DNA of 56,938 nt from Polyangiales bacterium (GTDB lineage: Bacteria; Myxococcota_A; Polyangia; Polyangiales; Houyiibacteriaceae), in NCBI GenBank assembly GCA_045106895.1, contig JBGCFM010000162.1, forward strand, positions 1 to 56,938. The letters run 5' to 3'. The notes under the pieces were generated by a model, which worked only from the letters and a program-made list of their open reading frames with translations, had not been told where the DNA came from and made no database searches. Both the position numbers and the translations under genes were made by a program. Of the stretch, positions 35,774 through 46,385 are shown in pieces (the stretch's first letter is position 1; each line of letters starts with the position of its first letter).

Positions 35774-37396
35774 CTAGCGGTCGACGCCGTTCAGGTACTC
35801 TTCGAGCCAGGTGTAGCCGCTCGGCGCCAGGTCGTTGTGGTCCTCGCCAGCGGGGACGTTCGCCCGAAACCAAGGCTCGGGGATGTGCGGGTTTGAAACA
35901 TAGAAGTCTCCGGGCCGCGTGTTGATGGGCGCGGTACTCACGGACGCGAGGAAGTCGGCGTAGGGCTGCTCGTCGATGGCGGTATGCCGGTTGTCCGTGG
36001 CGCCGCTGTTGTTGTAGGGCTCCGGCGTGTCGTTGATGGTGTTCGTGACGTAGCGCTCGTCCGCGGCGTCACGGTAGATGCCGACGCTTCCATCGGCGTT
36101 CAGGTACCGGCAAGCGCCGGCGTTCGAAGGCACGAAGGTGGATGCTTCCACCGCCGTCATGATGTCGCCGACGCGGCCCTGCATTGGCTTTCTTTCATCG
36201 ACGAAGAACGAGGGGTCCAGGCGCTCCGTCTGCGCGCTGTTGGCGTGCTCGATCCAGAGGGTCTCCGGGTTGTTCGCCTCGGGGTCCGTGAAGAGGTCCT
36301 GCACGATATTGCCTGCGGAGTAGATGCTGATGTCCACTTCCGGGTCGCTGTTCGTTCCTCCGTTGACCTCCCAACGCGGCGCCTGGCTCATCCATTGGTA
36401 AAAGAGCGACGTTCGTTGGCCGAGGAAATAGTAGTTGTTGAAGTGGTTCACGTTCCCGCCGTTGACGACGGTGCTCAGGCGATAGAGCCAGTTGTAGACG
36501 ACGTTGTTGTACACATCGACGCCGTTCGAAGCCGTGTTCGGAGTGCGGTGTGAGATGTTGTAGAAGAGCGTGTTTCGGAACGTGTTGTTGCGGCTCCAGC
36601 CCGTGTTGTCGGGGCTCGTGTCGCCAAACAGGCTGCCGGTCTTGGACTCGGCGATGAGGCCGTTCTGAAAGGTGATGTGATGGGTGTCGTAGCCTCGGAC
36701 CGTGAGCGCCTGAAGCCCCGACCAGTTGATACTCATGTGGTCGAGCATGATGTCGTGGGCGTAGTCCCGGCCGTCGGTGAAGTTGCCCGGGTCTACCTTG
36801 AACGCCGTGTCGCCGTAGAACTGGCCGCGCACACGCAGGTAGCGGAGGACGATGTTCGTCGCGGTCTTGATGAAGAAGTCGTAGTTGAGCGGCGGGATCG
36901 TCACGGTGATGCCGCCTTCCGGCGCGCTCTGACCAGCGATGGTGAGGTCGTCGCCTTCGATAAAGAGGTTGCCGCTCAGTTCGATGACGCCGCTGACGTC
37001 GAAGACAATGGTCGCCGGCCGCTCTTGTGCCAGCGCCCAGCGGAACGTGCCTTCGCTCGAGTCATCGACGAGGGAGGTGACGTGGTAGACGTTCCCGCCC
37101 CGGCCGCCTGTGGAGTTTGCGCCACCGCCATAAGCAGATGGAAAAGCTCGTACCTCTTCGGGCTCGCCGCCGTCGCTTCCGGCGTCCGCGCCTGAGTCTG
37201 CGACACTTCCGTCCGCGCTTGCATCCGGCGAAGCAAGCGCGTCGCTTCCGCCGTCATCCGCCGCGCCGTCATTCATCGGGCCGTCCGCCGCTGCGCCGTC
37301 GAGAATGGTGTCGATGCCGCCGTCCGAAGCCGACGAGTCATCTCCGCAAGCGAAACAGTGAATGAGGAGGAAGACGGCGAAGCTTCGTAGCGGCAT
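35774..37396 (-). CDS. Pectate lyase-like (PL1) lipoprotein
   Basis: Lipobox CFAC; acidic DAG linker; AFPSAYGGGANSTGGRGGNVYHVTSL; GTFRWA; TIAGQSAP; DHMSINWS; HRTP; C-terminal GYTWLEEYLN. Confidence 0.9.
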   Translation of the reverse strand: MPLRSFAVFLLIHCFACGDDSSASDGGIDTILDGAAADGPMNDGAADDGGSDALASPDASADGSVADSGADAGSDGGEPEEVRAFPSAYGGGANSTGGRGGNVYHVTSLVDDSSEGTFRWALAQERPATIVFDVSGVIELSGNLFIEGDDLTIAGQSAPEGGITVTIPPLNYDFFIKTATNIVLRYLRVRGQFYGDTAFKVDPGNFTDGRDYAHDIMLDHMSINWSGLQALTVRGYDTHHITFQNGLIAESKTGSLFGDTSPDNTGWSRNNTFRNTLFYNISHRTPNTASNGVDVYNNVVYNWLYRLSTVVNGGNVNHFNNYYFLGQRTSLFYQWMSQAPRWEVNGGTNSDPEVDISIYSAGNIVQDLFTDPEANNPETLWIEHANSAQTERLDPSFFVDERKPMQGRVGDIMTAVEASTFVPSNAGACRYLNADGSVGIYRDAADERYVTNTINDTPEPYNNSGATDNRHTAIDEQPYADFLASVSTAPINTRPGDFYVSNPHIPEPWFRANVPAGEDHNDLAPSGYTWLEEYLNGVDR

Positions 37397-37535
37397 GAGC
37401 CCAATCTACGCAGGTAGAAGGGGGCATGACCTGACGGCAAACGCGCGTATCTGCGCGGCTCATTCACGCGTTGTCATTTGCGCATCTGCGAGAGCTCTGT
37501 TAGTTGTGAACGCCGTTCACGTTTTAAGGAAACCC

Positions 37536-38402
37536 ATGCGCAGAGCATTCATTGGTACTGGATTGATAGGCTCCGGCCTTGCAGAAGCCTCCCTCAAACG
37601 GGGTGATGAGGTTCATGTCTGGAACCGCACAGCCTCAAAAACAGAGGGCTTGGTGGCTCTCGGTGCCGCGGCCCACGCCAGCGCGGGAGAAGCCGCCGCC
37701 GCCGCCGATTTCATCCACGTCGCGCTCACCAGCGATGACGCCGTGGACTCTGTGCTGCCTGGCATCGCCGACGCGGCGGGTGGGAGCGCCGTCCTCATCG
37801 ACCACAGCACCACGTCGGCGGAGCGCACGCGAGAGCGCCAAGCGGGGTGGTCCCACAGCCTCCCGCTCCTCGACGCCCCGGTCTTCATGTCGCCGGCAGC
37901 CTGCCGCGCCGGCACCGGCGTTATCGTCGTCGCTGGGCCGAAAGACGCCTATTCTAAGGCCGAAGCGGCGCTCGCGCCCATGAGCGGGAAGATCCTCTAC
38001 CTCGGCGACGAGCCTGGCCGTGCTGCAGCGATGAAGCTCGTCGGCAACGGGCTCATTCTCTCCCTCGTCGGCGGCCTTGCCGATGTCTTCACCGTCGGCG
38101 CCCCCCATGGCCTCGCGCCGACGGACGTTCTTGGCCTCTTCGAGCACTTTGACCTCAACTGGGTGCTTAGCGGTCGCGGCGCAAAGATGGCCGCGGGCAA
38201 CTTTGAGACCTCTTGGACTCTGAAGATGGCCCGCAAAGACCTCGGCTTGATGCTCGACGCCGCGGGAGATGCGCCTCTCACGGTTCTGCCTGCCATGGCA
38301 GAGCGAGCAGACTCTCTCATCGACAAAGGCGAAGGCGATAAAGACGTGGGCGTCCTCGCATGCGATGTTCACACGCGCGTTCATTCAAAGGAGCAGAACT
38401 AA
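37536..38402 (+). CDS. NAD(P)-dependent beta-hydroxyacid dehydrogenase (3-hydroxyisobutyrate dehydrogenase family)
   Basis: FIGTGLIG; VWNRT; IDHST; LDAPV; MKLVGN; ARKDL. ATG 37536 follows AAGGA. Confidence 0.92.
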   Translation: MRRAFIGTGLIGSGLAEASLKRGDEVHVWNRTASKTEGLVALGAAAHASAGEAAAAADFIHVALTSDDAVDSVLPGIADAAGGSAVLIDHSTTSAERTRERQAGWSHSLPLLDAPVFMSPAACRAGTGVIVVAGPKDAYSKAEAALAPMSGKILYLGDEPGRAAAMKLVGNGLILSLVGGLADVFTVGAPHGLAPTDVLGLFEHFDLNWVLSGRGAKMAAGNFETSWTLKMARKDLGLMLDAAGDAPLTVLPAMAERADSLIDKGEGDKDVGVLACDVHTRVHSKEQN

Positions 38403-40156
38403 TGCAGTATGACCTCAAGATCACCGGCGGAACCCTCATCGACGGCACCGGAGCGCCGGGTTACCTAGGCGACCTTGGCATCAAAGACGGTCGCATCGTC
38501 GCCGTCGGCGACGCACCGGGCGAAGCCAAAGAAACCCTGGACGCCACCGGCGCCATCGTCACGCCGGGCTTCACGGACATTCACACGCACCTCGACGGAC
38601 AGGTCTCCTGGGACGAAGAGATGGCTCCCTCTTCGCTGAGCGGCGTCACCACCGTCGTGATGGGCAGCTGCGGCGTCGGCTTCGCGCCGGTTCGCCCTGA
38701 CCACCACGAGAAGCTCATCGCGCTCATGGAAGGCGTCGAAGACATCCCGGGCACCGCACTTAGCGCCGGCCTCAAATGGAACTGGGAGTCCTTTGGCGAC
38801 TACATGAACGCCATCAACGACATTCCCCACACCATCGACTTCGCCGCGCAGATTCCGCACGACGCCGTGCGCATGTACGTCATGGGAGACCGCGCGGTCT
38901 CTGACCAAGTCGCCACCCCCGAAGACATCGAGAAGATGCGCGTCATCGTCCGCGAAGCGCTGGAAGCCGGCGCCGTCGGTCTGAGTACTGGCCGCACAGA
39001 CAACCACCGCACCGCCAGCGGCAGCGCCACCCCCGCCTCTGAAGCCATGGCCGATGAGCTCATCGGCCTCGCGTCGGCATTTGAAGGCCTCGACTACGGC
39101 GTTCTTGATGCCGTATCCGACTTTGACTTCGTCGCGGGCAAGGACCGCTACGAAGGCGAGTTCGCGTTGCTCCGCGCCATGGCCGAGAAGTCCGGGCGCC
39201 CCATGTCCCTCTCGCTCCTCCAGCGCGACCAATGCGACTACCAGTGGCGCGATATTCTCAAGAGCGTTGAGCAGTGCGCCGCTGAAGGCGTCAACATGAA
39301 GGTCCAGGTCGCAGCGCGCGCCATCGGCATCATGCTCGGCCTCGACGCCACCTTCCACCCCTTCATGGGCTTCCCGAGCTACAAGGACATCAGCCACCTG
39401 CCGCTTCCAGAGCAGGTCACGGCGATGAAGGACCCGGAACGCAAGAAGCGCATTCTGTCCGAAAAGAACGAGCCCCTCGCCGGCGACGGTTCATCCATTC
39501 CGCCCCTCGCCGACCAGCTCCTCGCGCACATCGACATGATCGCGATGCGCCTCTTCCGCCTTGGCGACATCCCCAACTACGAGCCCCCGAAGGCCGACTG
39601 CATCTTCGCCGAAGCCCTCAAGCGCAAGGTCCCTGTTCTCGAAGCCGTCTACGACGCGATCCTCGAAGACCCCGAAGGCAAGACGCTCCTCTACTTCCCG
39701 CTCTACAACTACGGCAGCGGCAACCTCGACTACGTCGAGGAGATGCTCAACCACCCGCTGGCCCTCATGGGTCTGAGCGACGCCGGCGCACACGTTGGAA
39801 CCGTCTGCGACGGCAGCATGCCGAGCTTCTTGCTTCAGCACTGGGGCCGCGACCGCGAAAAGGGCCGCATCCCCGTCGAGGAACTCGTCAAGAAGCAGGC
39901 CTACGACACCTCGAAGTGGATGGGCTTCGACGACCGAGGCAGCCTCGCCGTTGGACTACGCGCCGACATCAACGTCATCGACATGGAGCGCATCCTTCTC
40001 AAGAAGCCAGTGATGCACGCGGACCTTCCCGGCGGCGCCAAGCGTCTCCTCCAGGAAACCGAAGGCATCATCGCGACCTTCGTGAACGGCGAAGCCATCG
40101 CACGCGACGGCAAACTCACCGGGGCACGTCCGGGACGTCTCGTCCGCAGCAACTAG
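38402..40156 (+). CDS. N-acyl-D-amino-acid deacylase / amidohydrolase family protein
   Basis: [67 protein letters not shown] coupling with AAGGAG SD. Confidence 0.93.
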   Translation: MQYDLKITGGTLIDGTGAPGYLGDLGIKDGRIVAVGDAPGEAKETLDATGAIVTPGFTDIHTHLDGQVSWDEEMAPSSLSGVTTVVMGSCGVGFAPVRPDHHEKLIALMEGVEDIPGTALSAGLKWNWESFGDYMNAINDIPHTIDFAAQIPHDAVRMYVMGDRAVSDQVATPEDIEKMRVIVREALEAGAVGLSTGRTDNHRTASGSATPASEAMADELIGLASAFEGLDYGVLDAVSDFDFVAGKDRYEGEFALLRAMAEKSGRPMSLSLLQRDQCDYQWRDILKSVEQCAAEGVNMKVQVAARAIGIMLGLDATFHPFMGFPSYKDISHLPLPEQVTAMKDPERKKRILSEKNEPLAGDGSSIPPLADQLLAHIDMIAMRLFRLGDIPNYEPPKADCIFAEALKRKVPVLEAVYDAILEDPEGKTLLYFPLYNYGSGNLDYVEEMLNHPLALMGLSDAGAHVGTVCDGSMPSFLLQHWGRDREKGRIPVEELVKKQAYDTSKWMGFDDRGSLAVGLRADINVIDMERILLKKPVMHADLPGGAKRLLQETEGIIATFVNGEAIARDGKLTGARPGRLVRSN

Positions 40157-40184
40157 CTCTGGACTAACTCGCGACTTTCGCGAC

Positions 40185-40218
40185 AAAGGAGCCCTCGCCA
40201 CGGCGGGTGCTCCTTTTT
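40185..40218. terminator. Rho-independent terminator (possibly bidirectional)
   Basis: AAAGGAGC-CCTCGCC-AC-GGCGGG-T-GCTCCTTTTT after the amidohydrolase stop. Confidence 0.8.
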
Positions 40219-40331
40219 CAATTCCGAGCGCCGCGACCGCACTGAAGCGGTATATTCGGCCGCAGGCTCAACGTGATCCCACCGGAGATGCGAAGGGCGT
40301 CGTCGCTCGCCCACTGGATGCCACCGGCGAC

Positions 40332-40970
40332 CTAAAAACCTTGGCGTCGACTCCGCAAGAGGTCTTCGCAGATGAACGGAGGCGTTTGATTCTCGTCCGC
40401 ACGCCAGAGATGAAGCAGCGCCATGGCGACCCTTTCCACGGCCACCACCTTGCTCTGCTCCATGCCTTGCCGAATGTGAATGACGTCGGTCCATGTCGCG
40501 TCGAGGTCGCACGCTCCGATGGGCTCGCCGGTTTCGTCGTGCATCTGGTACCCCACATGCGTGCCCTCGACGACCCATGCGTGGAGCGCCATTCGGTGGA
40601 TTCCATGCTGTACGTGTCCACTTCGGCAGCCGTCCTCCAGGCGAAGCATCGGCTCACCATTCAACTGACACGCGTATTCACTCCGGTCGTGAGACACGGC
40701 GCAGTCCACGTGGTCCTCGCTCCCATCTGAATTCGAGTACACGCCCGCGATGGCAAAGCGCGAGTCGCGGTCGATGAGCAGGCCCGGACGTCGCGAGACG
40801 ATACGCCAGGTCGCAGTGGTGTTGGGGGATTGCGTCGGACCTTGGGCGCCGACCCGAGCCACAAGATCTCCAGATTGCCACGCGTGCCCTGGTACCGTGG
40901 GCGGCCGGGGTTGAACGCTGCAGGCGGACAGACTCATCGCGAGGCCTAAGAAAACAATAAGTCGGTTCAT
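40332..40970 (-). CDS. Hypothetical lipoprotein
   Basis: MNRLIVFLGLAMSLSAC lipobox. Confidence 0.75.
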   Translation of the reverse strand: MNRLIVFLGLAMSLSACSVQPRPPTVPGHAWQSGDLVARVGAQGPTQSPNTTATWRIVSRRPGLLIDRDSRFAIAGVYSNSDGSEDHVDCAVSHDRSEYACQLNGEPMLRLEDGCRSGHVQHGIHRMALHAWVVEGTHVGYQMHDETGEPIGACDLDATWTDVIHIRQGMEQSKVVAVERVAMALLHLWRADENQTPPFICEDLLRSRRQGF

Positions 40971-41014
40971 GGTCTGTTCAGCTGCTTTCTGTGGTGGACG
41001 CTGCTTTATGCCAG

Positions 41015-41722
41015 TCAATTGAAGTACGCGCCGATCTCGATGGTCGCGGAAACGCCCCATGCGCCGCGCGTCGACGTAATGGGCGGGTTGGTCCCGTTCG
41101 CGGCGAAGCTCAGCTCCGAGATGGAACGCCGGCGCACGCCTCGAACCGAGAGCGAGAAGAGGCCCTGCCGTCGCCAGCTAAACTCGGCGCCGAGCCCGAA
41201 GGAAGCCTCGACGTTGCTGAGCGAGGGGCATTCGTCGCCCTCGACATCGACGTCCGGACCGTGTTGCGTTGGTCCTCCGAGGTTGATCTTGCCGCCGCCG
41301 ACAATGAACATGCGCACGGGAGCGTCGACGTTGAGCCGAAGGCGCAGGTCGAGAAACATCCCCATGCCCATGTATCCACCGAGGGTGCGATCCGTGACAT
41401 CACGATAGGCGCCTCCCACCATCGACGCGCCAATGACCAGCGCGACGTAGGGCGTGCCGAGGGGAATGCCCGCGCCGAAGTTCAGCTCGGTAGTGTAAAG
41501 CGCCCCGCGATTGATCCCCGTAGCCCCGAACTGCCTCAGCTGCAGGAAGATCCATGGCTTGAAATGAGTCGGCGTGGGAGCGCTGACGCTCGTCTCCTCA
41601 GCGCTCCCCGCGCTACGCTCCCCAATGTCCTGGGACGTGCACTCTCCGGGCGGGCATTGCGCTGCGCCAAGCGTAGACGTCATGGCGAGGGCGAGGGCAG
41701 CAAGGGCGAGTTGGGTCTTCAT
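41015..41722 (-). CDS. Secreted protein, probable small outer-membrane beta-barrel
   Basis: Signal peptide; alternating hydrophobic strands; C-terminal IEIGAYFN. Confidence 0.65.
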   Translation of the reverse strand: MKTQLALAALALAMTSTLGAAQCPPGECTSQDIGERSAGSAEETSVSAPTPTHFKPWIFLQLRQFGATGINRGALYTTELNFGAGIPLGTPYVALVIGASMVGGAYRDVTDRTLGGYMGMGMFLDLRLRLNVDAPVRMFIVGGGKINLGGPTQHGPDVDVEGDECPSLSNVEASFGLGAEFSWRRQGLFSLSVRGVRRRSISELSFAANGTNPPITSTRGAWGVSATIEIGAYFN

Positions 41723-41815
41723 AGGGTCTTTCTTTCGGCGAGAGCGGCGCCTCTCCTCACCGATGTTCGCCGGGACCCTTTAAGCTCAAAAATTCTGAGC
41801 GCGCTCGCAAACGCG

Positions 41816-43990
41816 CTAAGGCTCGGCGATCACCGGCGCCCCCATTCGCCAGCTGTCGAAGAACCCGATGGTCTGCGAGAGCATGTCGTCGATGGGCGTG
41901 TCGAAGCGAACGAGGGTCTCGAGAGCTTCGAACGGAGGAATTGGGGGTTGAACGAGGGTCTGCTCTCCACGCCGGTTCACCAACGAACCATGCGAGCCGA
42001 GCTCGAAAAGGTAGAGCCCACGCGTCGCTCGGCCACTGCCCGCGTTTCCTTGGAGCGGGAGCGTGCCTTCGCGAAGTTCAGTGAACTGTGCCGCCCCACC
42101 CGTGATGGGAATGTCGAGGGCAAGGGCGAGCTCTTCCGTCGCGGAGTTCGGCACCGTCTCGTCGTGCTGGACCATGTGCATCAACACGTGCGTCTCACTC
42201 TGCCGCAAGAGCCCGGCGTAGGACGCGGAGTCGCCGGCGGCGAGCATCATCTGATAGAGACCCATCCCCGGTGAGAGGATGGACTCCGCGAGCATATCTT
42301 CCATCTGGCGCCCCTCGAGGCCCACCTGGGGCAAGATCACGGCGAGCTGCAGGCTAAAGGAGAAGCTCCGTTCGACGAGACGCCCAATATGCCCGCCGGT
42401 GACGGAGAGCAGCGCAGCGCCGACCTCGGGCTCCGTCGCCGTGAAGAGCGTTCCGATGATGCCGCCGAGGGAGTGCCCGACGAAGGCAAGCTCCGAGTCC
42501 GCCAACGAGAGCCCCGACAAAGCCGGCTCAGCAGCGCTCAGCCCGCTCCAATCGCCGGCCTGAATTGCGTGCACGAGGGCGTGGAGGTCCGCGGCGCTCT
42601 GGCGAAGGGCGTCGCGAAAGTAGATGGGGTGGAAGGCGGGGTACTCGCCCTGCGTTTCCGTCGCGCCGACGAAGGTGAGGACCGTTCGAATACCGCCGAT
42701 GTCCCCGAAGCCGTCCGGCGTCTCTTCCCCCGTCCACACGTTCCTCGTATCCGGCTCGGCGCTCACGGAGCGCAAGCCATGGAAAGGCGCGTCGATGGCG
42801 ATAGTGGCGTACCCGGCGGACGCGAGGGCGTTCGCGATGCCCAGCGCTCCGCCTCGGTTGTCCGAGACGCCGTGCTGGAAGATGACCACCGGCAAGGACT
42901 CATCGAAGCTGGCTGGGACCGTCAGCGTAAAGGGCGCCCGGTCCATACGTTTGACAACGAGCGACCCGGACTCATCGCGTTCAAAGCGCCCGTGGACGTT
43001 CTCCAGCTCGCTCATATAGTTCGGCACGGCGATGCTCCCCTGGATCAGCCAACCGATGGCGTCGTGGGCGACGCCGCCTTCCACGTCTCGTCCGGGGAGA
43101 TTGGATTCGGGCATGCCCAAGAGCCCGTCGAGGGCCGCGCCGGAATAGACCTCGCCGATCGCTACGTCGGCGGCGGCTGCGCGGACCTGCTCTCGCGCTT
43201 GCACGAGGTCGTCTGGCGCGCTTTGAACGCGGAACACGGACATCGTAACCACCGACGACGCGCTATCACCGGCGGCGCGCAGCACCGGCGCGTAACGCTC
43301 GTACACCTCCGCCAGGAGGGCGTCCGCCGGCGCTTCGTTCTCGTCGACGGCGGCGCGAATCTCCGCGAAGGACGTCGCCGCCTCGACGGCTCGGCCCAGC
43401 GGGTCACGCACCGCACGGGTCACACCGACGGCATAGTGGTGACCCGGACGAAGCGGCAACAGCGGGCGCACGGCGATCATTCTCTCCGTGGGAAGCCAGA
43501 ACACGTCCGCTGCCAGACGCTCGTAGGCGTTGGGGGAGTCGCTCTCGGCGTCGAGGAGAAACACGCTGGCGTCCTCGGCGAGCGTTTCGCCGGGGGAGCT
43601 CGGAAGCGATGCAGCATCGAGCTCGCCGTCGAAGGGCAAGTAGATGGGGCTCACGACGCCGAACCCGTCGAGGGTGGCGAGGCCGTCACGGAGAGAAGCC
43701 ATGAACGTGGATGGCTCTTCGCCGGAGTTCTCCTCGGGGTACTCGCTCAGCGCGATGTGCCCGCCCTCATCCAAGTAGAGGTCGTCCGGGAACGGCATCA
43801 CGCCAAAAGGCATCGGGTCCGCCACCGGCGAAAAGACCGAACGGACCGGAGCCGGCGGACCTGCGTCCGGCGACGCGTCAACGGCAACGTCGATGGCTGC
43901 GTCGAGGGACACCATGTCGTCGTCCCCACAAGCAATGAGCTGGGCGAGCGTGATGAGCGCGACGCTTCGAGCGACGGACGAGAACTTCAT
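41816..43990 (-). CDS. Lipoprotein alpha/beta-hydrolase (extracellular lipase-like with N-terminal Ig-like domain)
   Basis: Lipobox LIAC; PFPDDLY..LDGFG; VVIFQHG; IDAPFHG; nucleophile GHSLG; DETVPN; SHG. Confidence 0.88.
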   Translation of the reverse strand: MKFSSVARSVALITLAQLIACGDDDMVSLDAAIDVAVDASPDAGPPAPVRSVFSPVADPMPFGVMPFPDDLYLDEGGHIALSEYPEENSGEEPSTFMASLRDGLATLDGFGVVSPIYLPFDGELDAASLPSSPGETLAEDASVFLLDAESDSPNAYERLAADVFWLPTERMIAVRPLLPLRPGHHYAVGVTRAVRDPLGRAVEAATSFAEIRAAVDENEAPADALLAEVYERYAPVLRAAGDSASSVVTMSVFRVQSAPDDLVQAREQVRAAAADVAIGEVYSGAALDGLLGMPESNLPGRDVEGGVAHDAIGWLIQGSIAVPNYMSELENVHGRFERDESGSLVVKRMDRAPFTLTVPASFDESLPVVIFQHGVSDNRGGALGIANALASAGYATIAIDAPFHGLRSVSAEPDTRNVWTGEETPDGFGDIGGIRTVLTFVGATETQGEYPAFHPIYFRDALRQSAADLHALVHAIQAGDWSGLSAAEPALSGLSLADSELAFVGHSLGGIIGTLFTATEPEVGAALLSVTGGHIGRLVERSFSFSLQLAVILPQVGLEGRQMEDMLAESILSPGMGLYQMMLAAGDSASYAGLLRQSETHVLMHMVQHDETVPNSATEELALALDIPITGGAAQFTELREGTLPLQGNAGSGRATRGLYLFELGSHGSLVNRRGEQTLVQPPIPPFEALETLVRFDTPIDDMLSQTIGFFDSWRMGAPVIAEP

Positions 43991-44087
43991 GACCCCCAGT
44001 ATCGACGGCGAAGCGCTGCGCGCCAAGTCTCCGCGCATGAACTGCGCCCTTATTGACACCAGCAGCCACTACCGCCACGGTCTTGAG

Positions 44088-45437
44088 ATGAAGAGCTTCG
44101 TTTGGGTCCTCGGCTTCCTTGTGATGAGCGCGCTGGGCGCGTGTGGCGACGACACCTCGCCGGACTCCGGCAGCGATGACGCCGATACACGCCGCGACAC
44201 GCGAGGCGGCGGCGATGACACAGGTCCTGGCGACGCGTGTGAAGGCCTCAACGACAACGAAGGTCGATGCGACGGAGGGGCCACCGAGGCATGCGTACGA
44301 GGCCGCTTGGTCCGTCGTGACTGCCGCGCGGGATTCATGTGTGTCGAAGAAGACGACGACGCGCAATGCCAGTGCGACAACATGATGGACGATGAGTGCC
44401 CACGCGGATGCTCCGATGACCCGGACTGCGCAGGTTGCACACCGATGTGCACAGGTCTCGAGTGCGGCGACAACGGTTGTGGCGGAACGTGCGGAACCTG
44501 CGGCGACGACGAGTTCTGCAACGACGACGGCATCTGCGAGGTTCCGACAGGGCTCTGCAGCAACGAGTGCGAGTACGCCGATGACGACGAATGCGACGAC
44601 GGCGGGCCGGACTCGATTACCGAAATCTGTGACTACGGCACAGACTGCGGCGACTGCGGCGTCCGCGAAGATCTCCCCATCATCTGCACCATCAACTACA
44701 ACGACGACTGCCCCGCGGACCAACGCTGCAACTGCGATGAGGCCACAGGCTCGTGCATCTGCGCTCCTGGTGCCCGCGGAGAAGGCGTCCTCGGCGACGC
44801 CTGCGACGAGCAAACGGACTGCGCCACGGGCCTCTGCCTCGATGCCCAGTGCAGCCGCCCCTGCGACAACGAAAACCCATGCGAGGCGCCCCTCGCCGAG
44901 TGCCAAGCGTTTTTGGGCCTCTGCGTACCCGGCTCCTGCGAAGCGAACTGCGGCGGTCGCACCTGCGGCGCCGACGGCTGTGGCGGAACATGCGGCACGT
45001 GCGAAGGCGGCAATGTCTGTGTTGCCGGTCAGTGCGAAGCGGAAGCCGGCGACGCGCTGGCGTGCCCAGGTTCCGCGGGCCAATGCGCGCGCGGCGAAGC
45101 CTGCTGCATCACCTCGCCGGATGGTTCACGTTCGCGCTGCTTCGAGCACGACACTTCGCGCGATGCCCTCTGTCGAACATCGGCTGAAGACGACGGAACC
45201 TACGGGTACCTCGGCTGCAACGGCGACGAAGACTGCGGCGGCTCCCGCGTGTGCTGTGGAAGCAACAGCACTACGTTCTGCGCGGACTCCTGCGACGCGC
45301 CGAGCGGTCCCGTATGCGACACCGAGACCAGCGACTGCGGCGGCGCCGCGGGCCTGCGATGCTGCCCCCTGAGCACGCCACTTTGGTTCGACGGAGAGTA
45401 CGGCCTAGGCCGCTGCCTGCCTTCTAGCTGCTCGTAA
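44088..45437 (+). CDS. Cys-rich repeat lipoprotein
   Basis: Lipobox LGAC; two C..CG.(D/N)GCGGTCGTC repeats; CEYADDDECDDGGPDS..CDYGTDCGDCG module. Confidence 0.85.
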   Translation: MKSFVWVLGFLVMSALGACGDDTSPDSGSDDADTRRDTRGGGDDTGPGDACEGLNDNEGRCDGGATEACVRGRLVRRDCRAGFMCVEEDDDAQCQCDNMMDDECPRGCSDDPDCAGCTPMCTGLECGDNGCGGTCGTCGDDEFCNDDGICEVPTGLCSNECEYADDDECDDGGPDSITEICDYGTDCGDCGVREDLPIICTINYNDDCPADQRCNCDEATGSCICAPGARGEGVLGDACDEQTDCATGLCLDAQCSRPCDNENPCEAPLAECQAFLGLCVPGSCEANCGGRTCGADGCGGTCGTCEGGNVCVAGQCEAEAGDALACPGSAGQCARGEACCITSPDGSRSRCFEHDTSRDALCRTSAEDDGTYGYLGCNGDEDCGGSRVCCGSNSTTFCADSCDAPSGPVCDTETSDCGGAAGLRCCPLSTPLWFDGEYGLGRCLPSSCS

Positions 45438-45521
45438 CAGGGGGCTGCGCACGAGCGTCCCGAGCTAGCCTACGAGGCCCCGAAGTCGGCAGAAAGCACA
45501 CCCCGAACACCACGTTGGAGG

Positions 45522-45794
45522 TCACTTGTGGAAGTCTTCTTCGGTGATCTTATCGAGGATCTGGCGCGCCCCGAGGAGACCGATGATTCCGATCGGTACA
45601 AACAGTGCCGAGCCCGCCATGATCATGTAGGCCCCCGCTTTGCGTTGGCCGGCCAGCACCACCACCACCCCCGCCAAAGAGAGCAACCAGAAGAGAGCGA
45701 ACGCCACCGTCAACGCAGGAAACTCGCCAATGTCGATGGCGGCTAGCAAGACAAGAGCATTCACGACGACGCCGATGGCTGCGAAAGCGTTCAA
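45522..45794 (-). CDS. Small membrane protein
   Basis: Three hydrophobic helices; starts 4 nt after upstream stop. Confidence 0.7.
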   Translation of the reverse strand: MNAFAAIGVVVNALVLLAAIDIGEFPALTVAFALFWLLSLAGVVVVLAGQRKAGAYMIMAGSALFVPIGIIGLLGARQILDKITEEDFHK

Positions 45795-45798
45795 GACA

Positions 45799-46197
45799 CT
45801 ACACCGTGATGTGAGACTTCAGTTCAGCCACAAACTTCTCGGCATCCTCGGGTTCCAGCACCAACAGCGGAAGGGCCACAGCACCGTCTTTGGTGATGAT
45901 CTTCGTCGCCTTTCCTTGGACTTCGAGGGCTGAGATATCCGTGTACCGAATCAGCTTGCGTCCCGCCAGCGGTGCGGCCTTCATGTCCAGGTGGTCGTCG
46001 TGGAGGGTGACCACAGCACGCCCTCTGTTCCACACGTGCATCACCAAGTGGAGGATGCCGACAGGGAGAGCCACGACTCCCGCGCCGCCGGTGGACAACG
46101 TAGCCACGCCGACCAAGATCAAGACGACGCCCATGCCCATGCCCACATTCGTCCCCGTGAACCCCGAACTACGGTACTTGAACTCGGTCATACGCAT
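45799..46197 (-). CDS. Membrane protein with TM hairpin and PH-like domain
   Basis: Two TM helices then VVTLHDDHL..IRYTDISALEV; ATG 46197 or 46191. Confidence 0.72.
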   Translation of the reverse strand: MRMTEFKYRSSGFTGTNVGMGMGVVLILVGVATLSTGGAGVVALPVGILHLVMHVWNRGRAVVTLHDDHLDMKAAPLAGRKLIRYTDISALEVQGKATKIITKDGAVALPLLVLEPEDAEKFVAELKSHITV

Positions 46198-46385
46198 GCG
46201 CGTATCACTCAGCCGGTCCCCACGCCAGCGCGGGCAACTGATTCGCCTTCGACGAGGATCGTCGCGTCGGTGTGCCAAGGATTGCTCCGGTCGAGGCGAA
46301 CGTCCTCAATCACGACGACCAAAAGCCGCTGCGTGGTCGAGCGTTGTGGGAGTGCGATTGTTCGGCTCATCTTGAGGGCCCGACC

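Noticed and set aside
42389..44056. Long antisense ORFs (also 16701-17942, 43878-45083, 50307-51833, 53586-54797)
   Set aside because: Each lies opposite a gene with clear family motifs; long stop-free shadow frames are expected at high GC.
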